A DNA stretch of 64,000 bases from Gammaproteobacteria bacterium (GTDB lineage Bacteria; Pseudomonadota; Gammaproteobacteria; CAJXQU01): assembly GCA_045110495.1 (NCBI GenBank), contig JBGCGE010000009.1, positions 6,056 through 70,055 on the forward strand. The letters run 5' to 3'. The translations under genes and the position numbers were made by a program. Below, one piece after another: positions 20,966-30,961 of the stretch. Position 1 is the stretch's first letter, and each line of letters starts with the position of its first letter. The notes under the pieces were generated by a model that searched no databases, was not told the origin of the DNA, and was given only the letters and a program-made list of their open reading frames with translations.

Positions 20966-22301
20966 TGCGCTTCTCCGCCAGTCTTGCCACTATAGCGACA
21001 CTCTTTTCATCGAGAATCTGAACAATGTCGTTGCTGCGACCAGATAGCATGCTGTGCAATAACAAGATCGGGATTGCGACGACAAGGCCAAGTACGGTTG
21101 TTACCAGAGCTTGTGAAATTCCGCCGGACATCAAGCGCGGATCTCCCGTTCCATACAAAGTGATTGATTGAAATGTTTCGATGATGCCAGTGACTGTTCC
21201 CAGCAGACCTAGCAAAGGAGCAATTGCAGCTAGAATTGCCAGCGTTCTAAGGCCACGTTTGATCTTAGGAAGCTCACGTAAAATGGCTTCATCCAGTTTT
21301 AACTCTAAGGTCTCTGCATTTATATCGGGATTTTCTGTATATGCGAGCATGATCCGTCCTAAAGGATTTTTAATATCAGGATCATTTATTTTTGTCTGTT
21401 TTTTAACTTTTCGACCAGTCGCGAATAAGACGGTAAAGCGCTCAATCGCGATGAGCAGGGCAATAATTCCGATGGCAATGATGATGTAACCAATAACGCC
21501 ACCTTGTTTAATTCTTTCATTAAGATTGGGCTTTTGTACCAAGAGCGCAAGCATTGCTCCCCGTGTAGGATCAATTACCATAGGCATCAACTCTTCGTTA
21601 TTGTGCTTCTCAAGATTTTCTGCCAGTTTCTGAAAACGGTAAGAAGGTTGGCGTCGTGGTTCGATTAACCGACCTGTTTCGGGTAGATACCGCAGAAATT
21701 GACCATCAGCACTGGCGTTAAACGTACCAACCCGAGTGACCATCTTTTCTATCTCATCTCCATCTGTAGTGACAACGCCTGCTTTAAACTGGCTTACTTT
21801 TCCAGATTCGATCATTTCCTCCAGAATGGTCTGCCATAAGGTTTGTAATTGCTCAGAAGAGGGCAGTTCTTTACTGTTAGCCAGTGCTTCAATCGCGCTT
21901 ATCCGATCAGTTTTCTCAGCAGAAACTAATGATGCGCTAATTACACTCTTTATATCTCTGGCCATTTGACGTGTGACACCTTGCAACTCATTAATGGCGC
22001 CTGCAGTTTCTAACAAGATTTCTTCTTGATCTTCGGCTTTTTGCTGGTTTTCTTCGTACTCCAATCTTAGTTGTTCACCACGAAGTTCTTCTTTTAGTAG
22101 ATCGGCTTTTGCTTTTGCAAGTATCGAAGCTTGTTGATTCTTATTGTCTTCAAAACGCTTTACCCGCTCTTCATTGTCGATTTTTTCTGCGGCACGGCCT
22201 TGACGTACTTCGTTAAGCAAATCTTCCAACGTTTGTGGTGCTGCTTGGCTAGCAGAGCTAAATGAGACAATTAAAAAAAACAGAAATGATCGAAGGCTCA
22301 T
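20952..22301 (-). CDS. TtpC-like large MotA/TolQ/ExbB protein
   Basis: Signal peptide, coiled coil, and C-terminal PLLGLLGTVTG...GGISQALVTTVLGL channel domain. Confidence 0.88.
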   Translation of the reverse strand: MSLRSFLFFLIVSFSSASQAAPQTLEDLLNEVRQGRAAEKIDNEERVKRFEDNKNQQASILAKAKADLLKEELRGEQLRLEYEENQQKAEDQEEILLETAGAINELQGVTRQMARDIKSVISASLVSAEKTDRISAIEALANSKELPSSEQLQTLWQTILEEMIESGKVSQFKAGVVTTDGDEIEKMVTRVGTFNASADGQFLRYLPETGRLIEPRRQPSYRFQKLAENLEKHNNEELMPMVIDPTRGAMLALLVQKPNLNERIKQGGVIGYIIIAIGIIALLIAIERFTVLFATGRKVKKQTKINDPDIKNPLGRIMLAYTENPDINAETLELKLDEAILRELPKIKRGLRTLAILAAIAPLLGLLGTVTGIIETFQSITLYGTGDPRLMSGGISQALVTTVLGLVVAIPILLLHSMLSGRSNDIVQILDEKSVAIVARLAEKRSASV

Positions 22302-23107
22302 TTTGCACCTCCCGATAAACCAACTTTACTTAGATCGAGTGGTATTTTGATTAGATCAGGTGGAGATTCTTTTCTGGCTATCCGTAAACCATGGTTGATG
22401 GACTCGTTATACTTGGAGGGTAATTCTTGCCATTGCTTGCTATTCTTATTCCAAAAACCAGTTTCTGATCCGTCGAGGTTAGAATAGATTAAAGAGACAC
22501 GTCCTATACGTAAAAACTCGACCGAACGATTTTCCCCTTTAAGTGTGACCTCACCATTATACGATTCTATTGTTCGACCATAATCTGCTTCAATTTGATA
22601 AGCCTCCAGAATTCGGCGATATTTCTCAGAGGTTGTCACTGTAGGATCATCAAGCATTTCCTCCAGAGCAACTAAACGCATGGAACGTTCTTCATGCAGA
22701 AATGGTGTATCCAGCTGGATAAAACGAGTCAGCACTTTTACCATTTTCAACATCATCGGCACAATGTTTCTTTGCGCCTCTCTGGCATTTTCTAGTTGTT
22801 GATCAAAAGAGGCCAGCTTCTCACGTTGTTTTTCAACTAACTTTTCCAATTGGTTGTTATAGACTTGCAGATCGCCCAATTGGATGGTGGCTTGTTGGTA
22901 ATCCTGAACCATGCTGAGTTTTTGATCGGCGAGTTGATCAATTTCTTTTTGAGAATCAATTGACTCTTGTTGTCCTTCTAGACGTATGTCGATGGCCGAT
23001 TCTAATTGTGATCCTGATAGATCTTCTGAATGAGTTTCAAAGGCAATGACTGCGATCGAAAAACTTAGCAATAACGATGAGGAAAGTGATAGTTTTCTAA
23101 AAATCAT
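22298..23107 (-). CDS. DUF3450 family protein (TtpB-like)
   Basis: Signal peptide, coiled coil, PF...ER..R, EKYRRILEAYQIEADYGR, FLRIGRVSL. Confidence 0.88.
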   Translation of the reverse strand: MIFRKLSLSSSLLLSFSIAVIAFETHSEDLSGSQLESAIDIRLEGQQESIDSQKEIDQLADQKLSMVQDYQQATIQLGDLQVYNNQLEKLVEKQREKLASFDQQLENAREAQRNIVPMMLKMVKVLTRFIQLDTPFLHEERSMRLVALEEMLDDPTVTTSEKYRRILEAYQIEADYGRTIESYNGEVTLKGENRSVEFLRIGRVSLIYSNLDGSETGFWNKNSKQWQELPSKYNESINHGLRIARKESPPDLIKIPLDLSKVGLSGGAK

Positions 23108-23212
23108 GGGTTATTTATTATCTCGGTATATCTAGAGGTGAATCCTTATTTCCTGGCGTATGTCAAAAGACTGTATGGACTTTGCGTTCATTTTATCATG
23201 ACAGAAATCCTT

Positions 23213-23231
23213 ATTGAGAATAATTCTTACT
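23213..23231. promoter_or_regulatory. Fur box upstream of the TonB operon
   Basis: ATTGAGAATAATTCTTACT matches the AATGAGAATnATTCTCATT form at 15 of 18 positions; about 105 nt upstream of the first gene. Confidence 0.7.
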
Positions 23232-23309
23232 TATGAGGTAGGAAATTTTCCTAAAAATAATACAAAGCTTTGACGAGGCGACTGCATAGCTTTGGAAATT
23301 CAGGTGTGT

Positions 23310-24221
23310 TTATAGTGGGGTAAAAATGCACTGTGAATGTTTATCAGACTGTAGTTTGATTTCTGATGATTCACTTGTATTTATATTGATGACAACTAAG
23401 GCGGCCCAAACTTTCGGATCAGTTAATGCATAATTAACAATATGACCTACAAGCTTATCTACCCCATCGTCTGCAAGGACTAATGACATTCCTTCGCTAA
23501 TTTCATTTTCAGATGTTATCTCAGCCCGGTAAAGTTGTTTTTTTAACTCACCGCGATATTTTACCCGTGCAACTATTTCCTGGCCTGGATAACAACCTTT
23601 CTGAAAGCTAAGGCCTCCGAGTCTTTCAAAATCAAGCATTTGAGGTAAAAACATATCGGCAGTTTCCGGGGTTATTTCCGGCAGACCTTCTTCAATACCC
23701 AGCAGGTTCCATTGATTCAAAAATGGTTTTTGATCGGCTTGAATAGAGAGGCCGTAAAGTTCCAGATTGTTATCTTCTGTTATGATCAAATAACGCGATG
23801 TCTGTGCAGCTAACTTAATCATTATTTGATCATTAATTTCTGAGACATGGTTAAGTTCATTAGAATTTGAAATTAATTGATCTGAATTATTTCCGTACAG
23901 CCCATAAACAAATTTATTTTCTAAAATGTTCACAGTCACATCTGATCGTAAAATGAACATTCTCAGTTTTTTAACAAAAGTCTCAGTCTGAGATTTAAGT
24001 AATATCAGATAGAAAACATTTTCACGACGCCAGATTCTGAAGCTATAGATAACGCGTCCTTTTATTGAGCACCAGGCGGCCAGTCCGAAGCTGTTCTGTG
24101 GAAGTTTTTTTAGATCATTAGTAAATTGATTGTGTAGAAATTCCAGTGCATCGCCGCCACTTATTTCTATTAAGTCATATTGGTCAAGCTTGAGTAGAGC
24201 CGAGGAGTTAGAAGTGGTCAA
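23310..24221 (-). CDS. ygfZ: Folate-binding Fe-S repair protein YgfZ
   Basis: Signature KGCYPGQE; ISGGDALEFLHNQFTNDL. Confidence 0.95.
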   Translation of the reverse strand: MTTSNSSALLKLDQYDLIEISGGDALEFLHNQFTNDLKKLPQNSFGLAAWCSIKGRVIYSFRIWRRENVFYLILLKSQTETFVKKLRMFILRSDVTVNILENKFVYGLYGNNSDQLISNSNELNHVSEINDQIMIKLAAQTSRYLIITEDNNLELYGLSIQADQKPFLNQWNLLGIEEGLPEITPETADMFLPQMLDFERLGGLSFQKGCYPGQEIVARVKYRGELKKQLYRAEITSENEISEGMSLVLADDGVDKLVGHIVNYALTDPKVWAALVVININTSESSEIKLQSDKHSQCIFTPL

Positions 24222-24241
24222 TTGAGTATGATGAAACTTAT

Positions 24242-24571
24242 TTATGATCCGATAGGTTTATCAAACATATTTTGTAGCTTGTGAATTATCAACGCATGAT
24301 GTTTGTTTTCTGGTGTTGTACGTCCCATGATCCAGGAAAAAATCTCAGGATCTTCAACTTCAAGAAATTCTTTGAAATAAATTTGATCTTGCTCTACAAG
24401 TGACTCGTAATCGTTTTCAAAAAAACGATTGATGACTAAATCGAGCTCTTTCATACCACGTCTGCATAGCCAGCGTACGCGATTATGTTCGCGTACGCTT
24501 AATTGTTTTTCTTGCTCTGACACTTCTTGCTCAAGCACCCTTACTGATCTGTAGCTTTTTGATCTCAGCAA
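24242..24571 (-). CDS. sdhE: FAD assembly factor SdhE (true start probably a GTG near 24538 or 24523)
   Basis: [14 protein letters not shown] motif; [14 protein letters not shown]. Confidence 0.92.
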   Translation of the reverse strand: MLRSKSYRSVRVLEQEVSEQEKQLSVREHNRVRWLCRRGMKELDLVINRFFENDYESLVEQDQIYFKEFLEVEDPEIFSWIMGRTTPENKHHALIIHKLQNMFDKPIGS

Positions 24572-25316
24572 TCGCTTTAGCCGGGTTTAACCCTTTTGGA
24601 CAGGTTTCCGTACAATTCATTATGGTATGGCAGCGATAAAGTTTGAATGGATCTTCCAGTTCTTCTAAACGCTCGCCTGTTGCTTCATCGCGACTGTCCG
24701 CGATCCACCGATATGCTTGTAATAGTGCAGCTGGGCCGAGGTATCGATCACTGTTCCACCAATAACTTGGACAGCTTGTTGAACAGCATGCGCAAAGAAT
24801 GCATTCGTAGAGTCCATCAAGTTTTGCTCGATCTTCTTTAGATTGGAGGCGTTCTTCATTAATCGGAGGCGTTGGACTATCCGTTTGCATCCAGGGTTTA
24901 ATCGAAGCGTATTGCGCATAAAAGTGCGTTAAATCTGGTACCAGATCTTTTACCACAGCCATATGAGGTAGAGGATAAACTTTCACCTCATCTTTTATAT
25001 CAGCTATTGCTTTGGTGCACGCGAGAGTATTCCGGCCATCAATATTCATCGCACAAGATCCACAAATTCCTTCACGACAGGATCTTCTTAATGTAAGTGT
25101 AGGATCTAATTCATCTTTGATATGTAGTAGTGCATCGAGCACCATTGGACCACAGTTATCCAGATCAATTTCGAAGGTGTCAGTACGTGGGTTCTCTCCA
25201 CTATCTGGGTCCCATCGATAAATTTTAAACGTCTTTTTATTAGTTGCGGAATTGGCCGCAGTAACGGTTTTACCTGTACCGATTTTTGAATTCTCTGGAA
25301 GTGTAAATTCAGCCAT
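24531..25316 (-). CDS. sdhB: Succinate dehydrogenase Fe-S subunit
   Basis: [34 protein letters not shown]. Confidence 0.98.
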   Translation of the reverse strand: MAEFTLPENSKIGTGKTVTAANSATNKKTFKIYRWDPDSGENPRTDTFEIDLDNCGPMVLDALLHIKDELDPTLTLRRSCREGICGSCAMNIDGRNTLACTKAIADIKDEVKVYPLPHMAVVKDLVPDLTHFYAQYASIKPWMQTDSPTPPINEERLQSKEDRAKLDGLYECILCACCSTSCPSYWWNSDRYLGPAALLQAYRWIADSRDEATGERLEELEDPFKLYRCHTIMNCTETCPKGLNPAKAIAEIKKLQISKGA

Positions 25317-25330
25317 ATCTGCTTTCCTTT

Positions 25331-27121
25331 TTAATAAACACGTGCTTTTGGTTGGATATATTCGATTTCTCTTGTCAGCGTATACGTATGAACAGGTCTG
25401 TACTCAAATTTCACGCTCCAGTCATTGTTTAATGTGGCTAAGGTATGTTTCATCCAGTTTTCATCATCTCGATCAGCGAAGTCTTCACGAGCATGAGCGC
25501 CACGACTTTCTTCACGATTCAATGCTCCATGGATACTGACACTTGCACATTGCAGAAGATTTTCTAGTTCCAATGTTTCTACTAGATCGGTATTCCAGAT
25601 CATTGATCTATCAGATACTTGTACATCGGAAAATGAATCACATACTTTTGCTAGCTGATCGATTCCTTCCTGCATTACATCGCCCGTTCTGAAAACAGCT
25701 GCGTTGTTCTGCATTGTTCTTTGCAAGTTATCGCGGATTTTTGCCGTTGGTATTGTTCCATTAGCATTTCTAGCCTTATCGAAACGAGCGACTAACTTAT
25801 CTACCGTTCCTTCAGGAAGAGGAGTGTGTTGCTGACCTGGTTGTACTTTTTCAGCGGCTCGAATTGCGGATGCACGACCAAATACGATCAAATCAAGTAA
25901 TGAGTTTGACCCCAAACGATTCGCTCCATGAACAGAAACGCAAGCGGCTTCACCAATTGCCATTAATCCTTGAACAACATGATCGGGATCTTTGTCTTTT
26001 AAAGTAACAACTTCACCATGGTAGTTTGTTGGAATACCACCCATGTTGTAATGAACCGTAGGAATAACTGGAATAGGTTCTTTTGTCACGTCTACACCAG
26101 CAAAAATTTCAGCAGATTCTGCTATTCCCGGTAGACGCTCATTAATAACTTCCGGGCCTAAGTGCTCAAGATGCAAATGGATATGATCTTTATCTTTACC
26201 AACACCACGACCTTCACGAATTTCTATGGTCATGGAACGGCTAACAACATCGCGTGAAGCCAGATCTTTTGCGTTCGGGGCATAACGTTCCATAAAACGT
26301 TCGCCTTCAGAATTAGTGAGATAACCACCTTCTCCACGAACACCTTCAGTAATCAAGCAACCCGAGCCATAAATACCTGTTGGATGAAATTGAATGAATT
26401 CCATGTCTTGTAATGGTAATCCAGCACGAAGCACCATTGCATTACCATCACCAGTACAGGTATGTGCAGACGTACACGAGAAATATGATCGTCCGTAACC
26501 ACCTGTGGCCAGGATAGTTTCGTGGCCTCGGAACAAGTGTAAGGAGCCATCCTCAAGACACCATGCGAGTACGCCTTTACAGCTACCGTCTTCATCCATT
26601 ACCAGATCTAGTGCGAAGTATTCGATAAAGAATTCTGCATCGTGTTTCAGTGATTGTTGATAAAGTGTATGCAGTATGGCGTGGCCAGTACGATCGGCTG
26701 CTGCACAAGTTCGCTGGGCAATTCCTTCACCAAAATTAGTTGTCATTCCACCGAACGGTCGTTGGTAGATTTTACCTTCCTCTGTTCGAGAGAAGGGAAC
26801 ACCATAATGTTCTAGTTCGATCACAGAAGGTACAGCTTCACGACACATGTACTCAATCGCATCTTGATCGCCTAGCCAATCTGAGCCTTTGACAGTGTCA
26901 TACATGTGCCACTGCCAGCTATCTTCGCCCATGTTTCCGAGTGAGGCGCTCATACCGCCTTGTGCCGCAACCGTGTGACTTCTTGTAGGGAAGACTTTGG
27001 TCAGACACGCTGTTTTCAAGCCTTTTTGCGCCATGCCAAAAGTAGCTCGCAGACCTGCTCCACCAGCGCCGACTACGATTGCATCGTACTTATGTTCAAT
27101 AATTTTATATTCGTCGGTCAT
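25331..27121 (-). CDS. sdhA: Succinate dehydrogenase flavoprotein
   Basis: GAGGAG, FAD-His in [31 protein letters not shown]. Confidence 0.98.
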   Translation of the reverse strand: MTDEYKIIEHKYDAIVVGAGGAGLRATFGMAQKGLKTACLTKVFPTRSHTVAAQGGMSASLGNMGEDSWQWHMYDTVKGSDWLGDQDAIEYMCREAVPSVIELEHYGVPFSRTEEGKIYQRPFGGMTTNFGEGIAQRTCAAADRTGHAILHTLYQQSLKHDAEFFIEYFALDLVMDEDGSCKGVLAWCLEDGSLHLFRGHETILATGGYGRSYFSCTSAHTCTGDGNAMVLRAGLPLQDMEFIQFHPTGIYGSGCLITEGVRGEGGYLTNSEGERFMERYAPNAKDLASRDVVSRSMTIEIREGRGVGKDKDHIHLHLEHLGPEVINERLPGIAESAEIFAGVDVTKEPIPVIPTVHYNMGGIPTNYHGEVVTLKDKDPDHVVQGLMAIGEAACVSVHGANRLGSNSLLDLIVFGRASAIRAAEKVQPGQQHTPLPEGTVDKLVARFDKARNANGTIPTAKIRDNLQRTMQNNAAVFRTGDVMQEGIDQLAKVCDSFSDVQVSDRSMIWNTDLVETLELENLLQCASVSIHGALNREESRGAHAREDFADRDDENWMKHTLATLNNDWSVKFEYRPVHTYTLTREIEYIQPKARVY

Positions 27122-27508
27122 TTAACCTTGATCTCCCATAGCAATTCGCAAAACAGAAACAATACTACCGAGTCCGATCAGAATTGATCCGAATTGGGTC
27201 AGAAGCAAAAGTGTAATTTTTATCCAGGTTGTACTCACGTAATCTTCAATAACAACTTGTAAGCCAAGTGCCATGTGATAAAAGAGACTAAAGAGTAGAA
27301 CGATCAATAATGCGGGCGTCCAAGGTTGTTGGATCCAGCTAATAACATCAGCATGAGAACCACCTACCAAACAGGTGATTTTGCAGATAAACCAGATGCT
27401 TAAAGGAATTAACGCTATTGCGGTTAAACGTTGAGCCTTCCAATGATGCGCACCTTCTTTAGCAGATCCGAGACCTCGTGCGACTGAAAGTGGTGTGTTT
27501 AAACTCAT
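27122..27508 (-). CDS. sdhD: Succinate dehydrogenase membrane anchor
   Basis: GLGSAKEGAHHWKAQRLTA...HMALGLQVVIEDYV. Confidence 0.96.
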   Translation of the reverse strand: MSLNTPLSVARGLGSAKEGAHHWKAQRLTAIALIPLSIWFICKITCLVGGSHADVISWIQQPWTPALLIVLLFSLFYHMALGLQVVIEDYVSTTWIKITLLLLTQFGSILIGLGSIVSVLRIAMGDQG

Positions 27509-27897
27509 GATCCACCTCCAATGAAAGCGATAGCAACAGTCACTATAGTTAACATCACGGTAGCAATCAGTTCAATCATTGCCAATCTTTCCCCTTCGGA
27601 TTGTTCAAAGCCTTTACCTGCATCCCAAAACAGGTGGCGAATCCCATGACAAAAATGGAAGTAGAACGCGAAGGTCCAGAGAAAAAGTAAGATTTTCCCG
27701 AACCATGATCCAAGCAAACTGTTGATCGAAGCAAAGGATTCTGGTCCAGATGCGGCTGCCATTAACCAATAAGCTAACAACACTGTTCCTACTGACAAAC
27801 CAACACCAGTGATACGATGGCAGATGGAGATAATTGCCGTCAGTGGCAGTCTGTACACGTCCAGATGTGGTGACAACGGGCGGTTTTGTGCGGACAT
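27505..27897 (-). CDS. sdhC: Succinate dehydrogenase cytochrome b556 subunit
   Basis: RPLSPHLDVY...SICHRITG...HFCHGIRHLFWD. Confidence 0.96.
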   Translation of the reverse strand: MSAQNRPLSPHLDVYRLPLTAIISICHRITGVGLSVGTVLLAYWLMAAASGPESFASINSLLGSWFGKILLFLWTFAFYFHFCHGIRHLFWDAGKGFEQSEGERLAMIELIATVMLTIVTVAIAFIGGGS

Positions 27898-27922
27898 AAA
27901 TAAGCTTCCTTAATAATTATAT

Positions 27923-28108
27923 TTAGAAATCAATACAGCGACCCTTAAACTCCCAATCTCCATATCGAGTGGGCTCTAGCCCTTCAGCTCGACCACCGAC
28001 TTCTTTAGAAGCTGGCTTATTGGCGAATTCCTTCTCTCGTTTCTTATTATGGGATTGTTTCGTGTCGTTCTGCAATGTGACTTTGTTATCTTGCGTTTTA
28101 TTATTCAT
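27923..28108 (-). CDS. DUF1674 / SDH assembly factor 4 (Sdh8)-like protein, 61 aa
   Basis: C-terminal EVGG...EPTRYGDWEFKGRCIDF motif; ATG 28108 preferred over the track's longer ORF; 25 nt upstream of sdhC. Confidence 0.85.
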   Translation of the reverse strand: MNNKTQDNKVTLQNDTKQSHNKKREKEFANKPASKEVGGRAEGLEPTRYGDWEFKGRCIDF

Positions 28109-28201
28109 ATATCTTATGGTTACACATATTGCAGACAAGATGCGTAGTATCTTTTTATAAGCAATATATATCAAGTCAAAAATCATAAAATTTATTCTCA
28201 G

Positions 28202-28639
28202 ATGAATCATTTTACAGGCCCATTTAAAATCATACCCAGCTTCTCACAATATCTTTTTATTGGCTTCTGCATTCTTACAGCTTTTGCTCTAATAATAGTG
28301 ATTAGTTTATCCATTGAATTATTGATCAAATTAATTGCTTGTTTTTTGATATTTATCTGGTTCGTTGTTACGGTGAGAGAACATTGTTGGCATTATGGAG
28401 TAGCCATTCGGGAGGCCGTTTTGAGAACAGATAATGTCTGGTTATTATTGACAAAAGAAAATGATCAAAAACCTGTGAAAGCAGAATTATTACCTGGATG
28501 TCTCGTTCAACCATGGTTGACCGTTTTGCATTTTAAAATTCCCCATCAACGCAAAAAATCTTTAATCTTGCTTAAAGATAATATTGATCCTGATATATTC
28601 AGACGGTTAAGAGTCAGGTTGATTAAACAAGATGCTTAA
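28202..28639 (+). CDS. ygfX: YgfX/CptA-family inner-membrane protein
   Basis: Two TM helices, then PWLTVLHF...LILLKDNIDPDIFRRLRVRL. Confidence 0.75.
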   Translation: MNHFTGPFKIIPSFSQYLFIGFCILTAFALIIVISLSIELLIKLIACFLIFIWFVVTVREHCWHYGVAIREAVLRTDNVWLLLTKENDQKPVKAELLPGCLVQPWLTVLHFKIPHQRKKSLILLKDNIDPDIFRRLRVRLIKQDA

Positions 28640-28680
28640 TTTTTGAGCGTAAGCCAATGTTTTAGTTAGATTTTTTGGGG

Positions 28681-29337
28681 TTATGATAATTTTAAGTAAT
28701 CTAATGTCTGCATAGCATGATTAATCATTCCATCAGCATGCCAGTGTTCAGGTTCGTCTTCCATTCCGATATAACCAAATAGTGCTATCAGGGATTTCAT
28801 ACCGGCATTCCTGGCGGCTTGAATATCGCGTTCAGCATCGCCGATATAAAGACATTCATACGGTGCAAGTCCAAGCAATTTAGCGGCGTAGAGTAGGGGC
28901 TCAGGATGGGGCTTTGAATGTGCAGTCGTATCGCCACTGACAATACAATTGGTTCGATCAGTTATTTTAAGTGCCTCCATCAAGGGCAGGGTAAAGCGTT
29001 CTGGTTTATTGGTAACAATTCCCCAGGAGAGATTGTTTTGATCTAGATAATTGATCAACTCTTCTATGCCTTCAAAAAGCGTTGTATGTTGGGCAATATT
29101 ATTGCTGTAATTATTTAGTAGATTGTCTTTTAACTCCGCGAAACCTTCGTCTTCGACATTAAGATCAAAGCCTAATTTGATCAGTGCATTAGCACCATTG
29201 GATGTTTGTAGTCGTACTTCCTCCAAAGGTAATTCGGGAAGTTTTTGATCTGCACGACATTTATTTAAAGCCGCCGCCAAGTCTGGTGCTGTGTCGGCAA
29301 AAGTACCATCGAGATCAAATAATACGGCTTTGATCAT
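28681..29337 (-). CDS. gph: HAD phosphatase (Gph; MupP-like by its position after ubiG)
   Basis: FDLDGT, VTNKP, KPHPEP, YIGDAERDI. Confidence 0.9.
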   Translation of the reverse strand: MIKAVLFDLDGTFADTAPDLAAALNKCRADQKLPELPLEEVRLQTSNGANALIKLGFDLNVEDEGFAELKDNLLNNYSNNIAQHTTLFEGIEELINYLDQNNLSWGIVTNKPERFTLPLMEALKITDRTNCIVSGDTTAHSKPHPEPLLYAAKLLGLAPYECLYIGDAERDIQAARNAGMKSLIALFGYIGMEDEPEHWHADGMINHAMQTLDYLKLS

Positions 29338-29511
29338 GATTTTATTAGAAAGAAAATTAAAATTGTTAGTATGGCAATTAAGGAAATGCCTCCAATAAAT
29401 GTACTTAAATTACTGTCTTCTTCAACCATGTTTTTGGGTAAAACTCTTTTTAGTAAAAAAGTTACCTATTGGTTGAATAAATCCAATAATAATTTCAAGA
29501 ACAATATCCAT
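29334..29511 (-). pseudogene. Unannotated small membrane ORF split by one extra nucleotide (29 aa plus 31 aa; about 58 aa if joined)
   Basis: ORF-a 29511-29422 MDIVLEIIIGFIQPIGNFFTKKSFTQKHG*; ORF-b 29429-29334 MVEEDSNLSTFIGGISLIAILTILIFFLIKS*. ORF-a starts 4 nt after the ubiG stop; ORF-b ends in an ATGA overlap with gph. Confidence 0.55.
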
Positions 29512-29515
29512 GAGC

Positions 29516-30220
29516 TTATTGTTTTTGAGCACAGACCAGATAATTGACTTTTAGATCTTCTGTTAGAGCCGCTTCGTTATTGATCGGGTTATAAGACATT
29601 CCAGACAGATCTTTTAAATCAAGGTTATGCTCTCTTAGCCAGCTAGCTATTTCAGCTGGTTGGATAAATTTTGCGTAATCATGTGTTCCTTTCGGCAGCA
29701 AATTAAGTATATATTCCGCCCCTAAAACCGCAAAAGCATATGCCTTTAAAGTTCGATTTAGAGTTGATAAAAATATATAACCGTTTGGTTTGACGAGTTT
29801 TTTGCATGCGATAATTATACTTTCAGGAGATGGAACATGTTCGAGTAACTCCATGCAGGTGACAATATCAAATTGTTCTGAATAATTCTCCGCCAGCGCT
29901 TCTGCAGTGGAATGTAGGTAATGTACTTTTGATCCACTCTCCAACTGGTGCAGACGGGCGACTTGCAGTGCTTCTTCGCTTGCATCGATAGCAGTAATAA
30001 GTGCGCCTTTGCTATCCATGCTTTCTGCTAAAATCCCACCGCCGCAACCGATATCTGCGATTGTTTTTTGTCTGATTCCACCAGAGAGTTCATCGATATA
30101 ATCAAGTCGAATTGGGTTGATATGATGCAGCGTTTTTAGATCGCCCTCTGGATCCCACCAGCTTGATGCCATGGCACTAAATTTGTCTACTTCTTGTCGA
30201 TCAATATTTGGATTATTCAT
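29516..30220 (-). CDS. ubiG: Ubiquinone O-methyltransferase
   Basis: WWDPEGDLKTLHHINPIRL, DIGCGGG, CMELLEHVP. Confidence 0.97.
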   Translation of the reverse strand: MNNPNIDRQEVDKFSAMASSWWDPEGDLKTLHHINPIRLDYIDELSGGIRQKTIADIGCGGGILAESMDSKGALITAIDASEEALQVARLHQLESGSKVHYLHSTAEALAENYSEQFDIVTCMELLEHVPSPESIIIACKKLVKPNGYIFLSTLNRTLKAYAFAVLGAEYILNLLPKGTHDYAKFIQPAEIASWLREHNLDLKDLSGMSYNPINNEAALTEDLKVNYLVCAQKQ

Positions 30221-30945
30221 TCGGCCATTATATCAACAATCGAGACGGTAATATTATCTGTTCCACCATCGTTTAACGCCAATCTGATCAATTTTTGTAC
30301 AGCTTCTTCGCGATCATAAGTATTCAGTGTTTCTTCGATAACAGAATGAGGAACATGCTTATCAAGACCATCTGAGCTTAGCAAAAAACGATCACCTACA
30401 TTTAGGTCAATCATACCGGTCTCAAGTCGCAGATCGTCATCAGTTCCAATGCAACGAGTAAGAACATTTGCTGAAGAATGCCGACTTGCCTCATCACGGG
30501 ACAGCATTCCAAGATCAACATATACCTCGGCTTGAGAATGATCACGGGTAAGTTGGGTAAGCTCTTGATCTCTCAATAGGTATAATCGGCTATCTCCAGC
30601 CCAGAGAAAATGACATTCTCCGTTTACAATATGCATCACAACGACCGTACTTCCATTAATACGATCATTTTCATTGCCTAATTTAATTAAGCTACTATTC
30701 GTATTATAAAGTGACAGTTTTAATTTTTTGGTTGATTCCTCAGCACTTATAGTGGGATCCGCAAAAGAGCACTGATTCATAGAGGCGACGATTGATTGAC
30801 TCGCCACATCACCAGCATCATGGCCGCCCATTCCATCTGCTATTACCCATAGATTTGCTTCTGGCTTATCAAGAAAAGAGTCTTCGTTATACTTACGAAT
30901 GTGGCCGACGTGTGTGGCCGAAAAAGATGCACTTACAAAGCTCAT
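30217..30945 (-). CDS. PP2C-family Ser/Thr phosphatase
   Basis: RKYNEDS, IADGMGGH, WAGDSRLY, LLSSDGL, GGTDNIT. Confidence 0.95.
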   Translation of the reverse strand: MSFVSASFSATHVGHIRKYNEDSFLDKPEANLWVIADGMGGHDAGDVASQSIVASMNQCSFADPTISAEESTKKLKLSLYNTNSSLIKLGNENDRINGSTVVVMHIVNGECHFLWAGDSRLYLLRDQELTQLTRDHSQAEVYVDLGMLSRDEASRHSSANVLTRCIGTDDDLRLETGMIDLNVGDRFLLSSDGLDKHVPHSVIEETLNTYDREEAVQKLIRLALNDGGTDNITVSIVDIMAE

Positions 30946-30961
30946 GATTGTAGTGAGGAAT

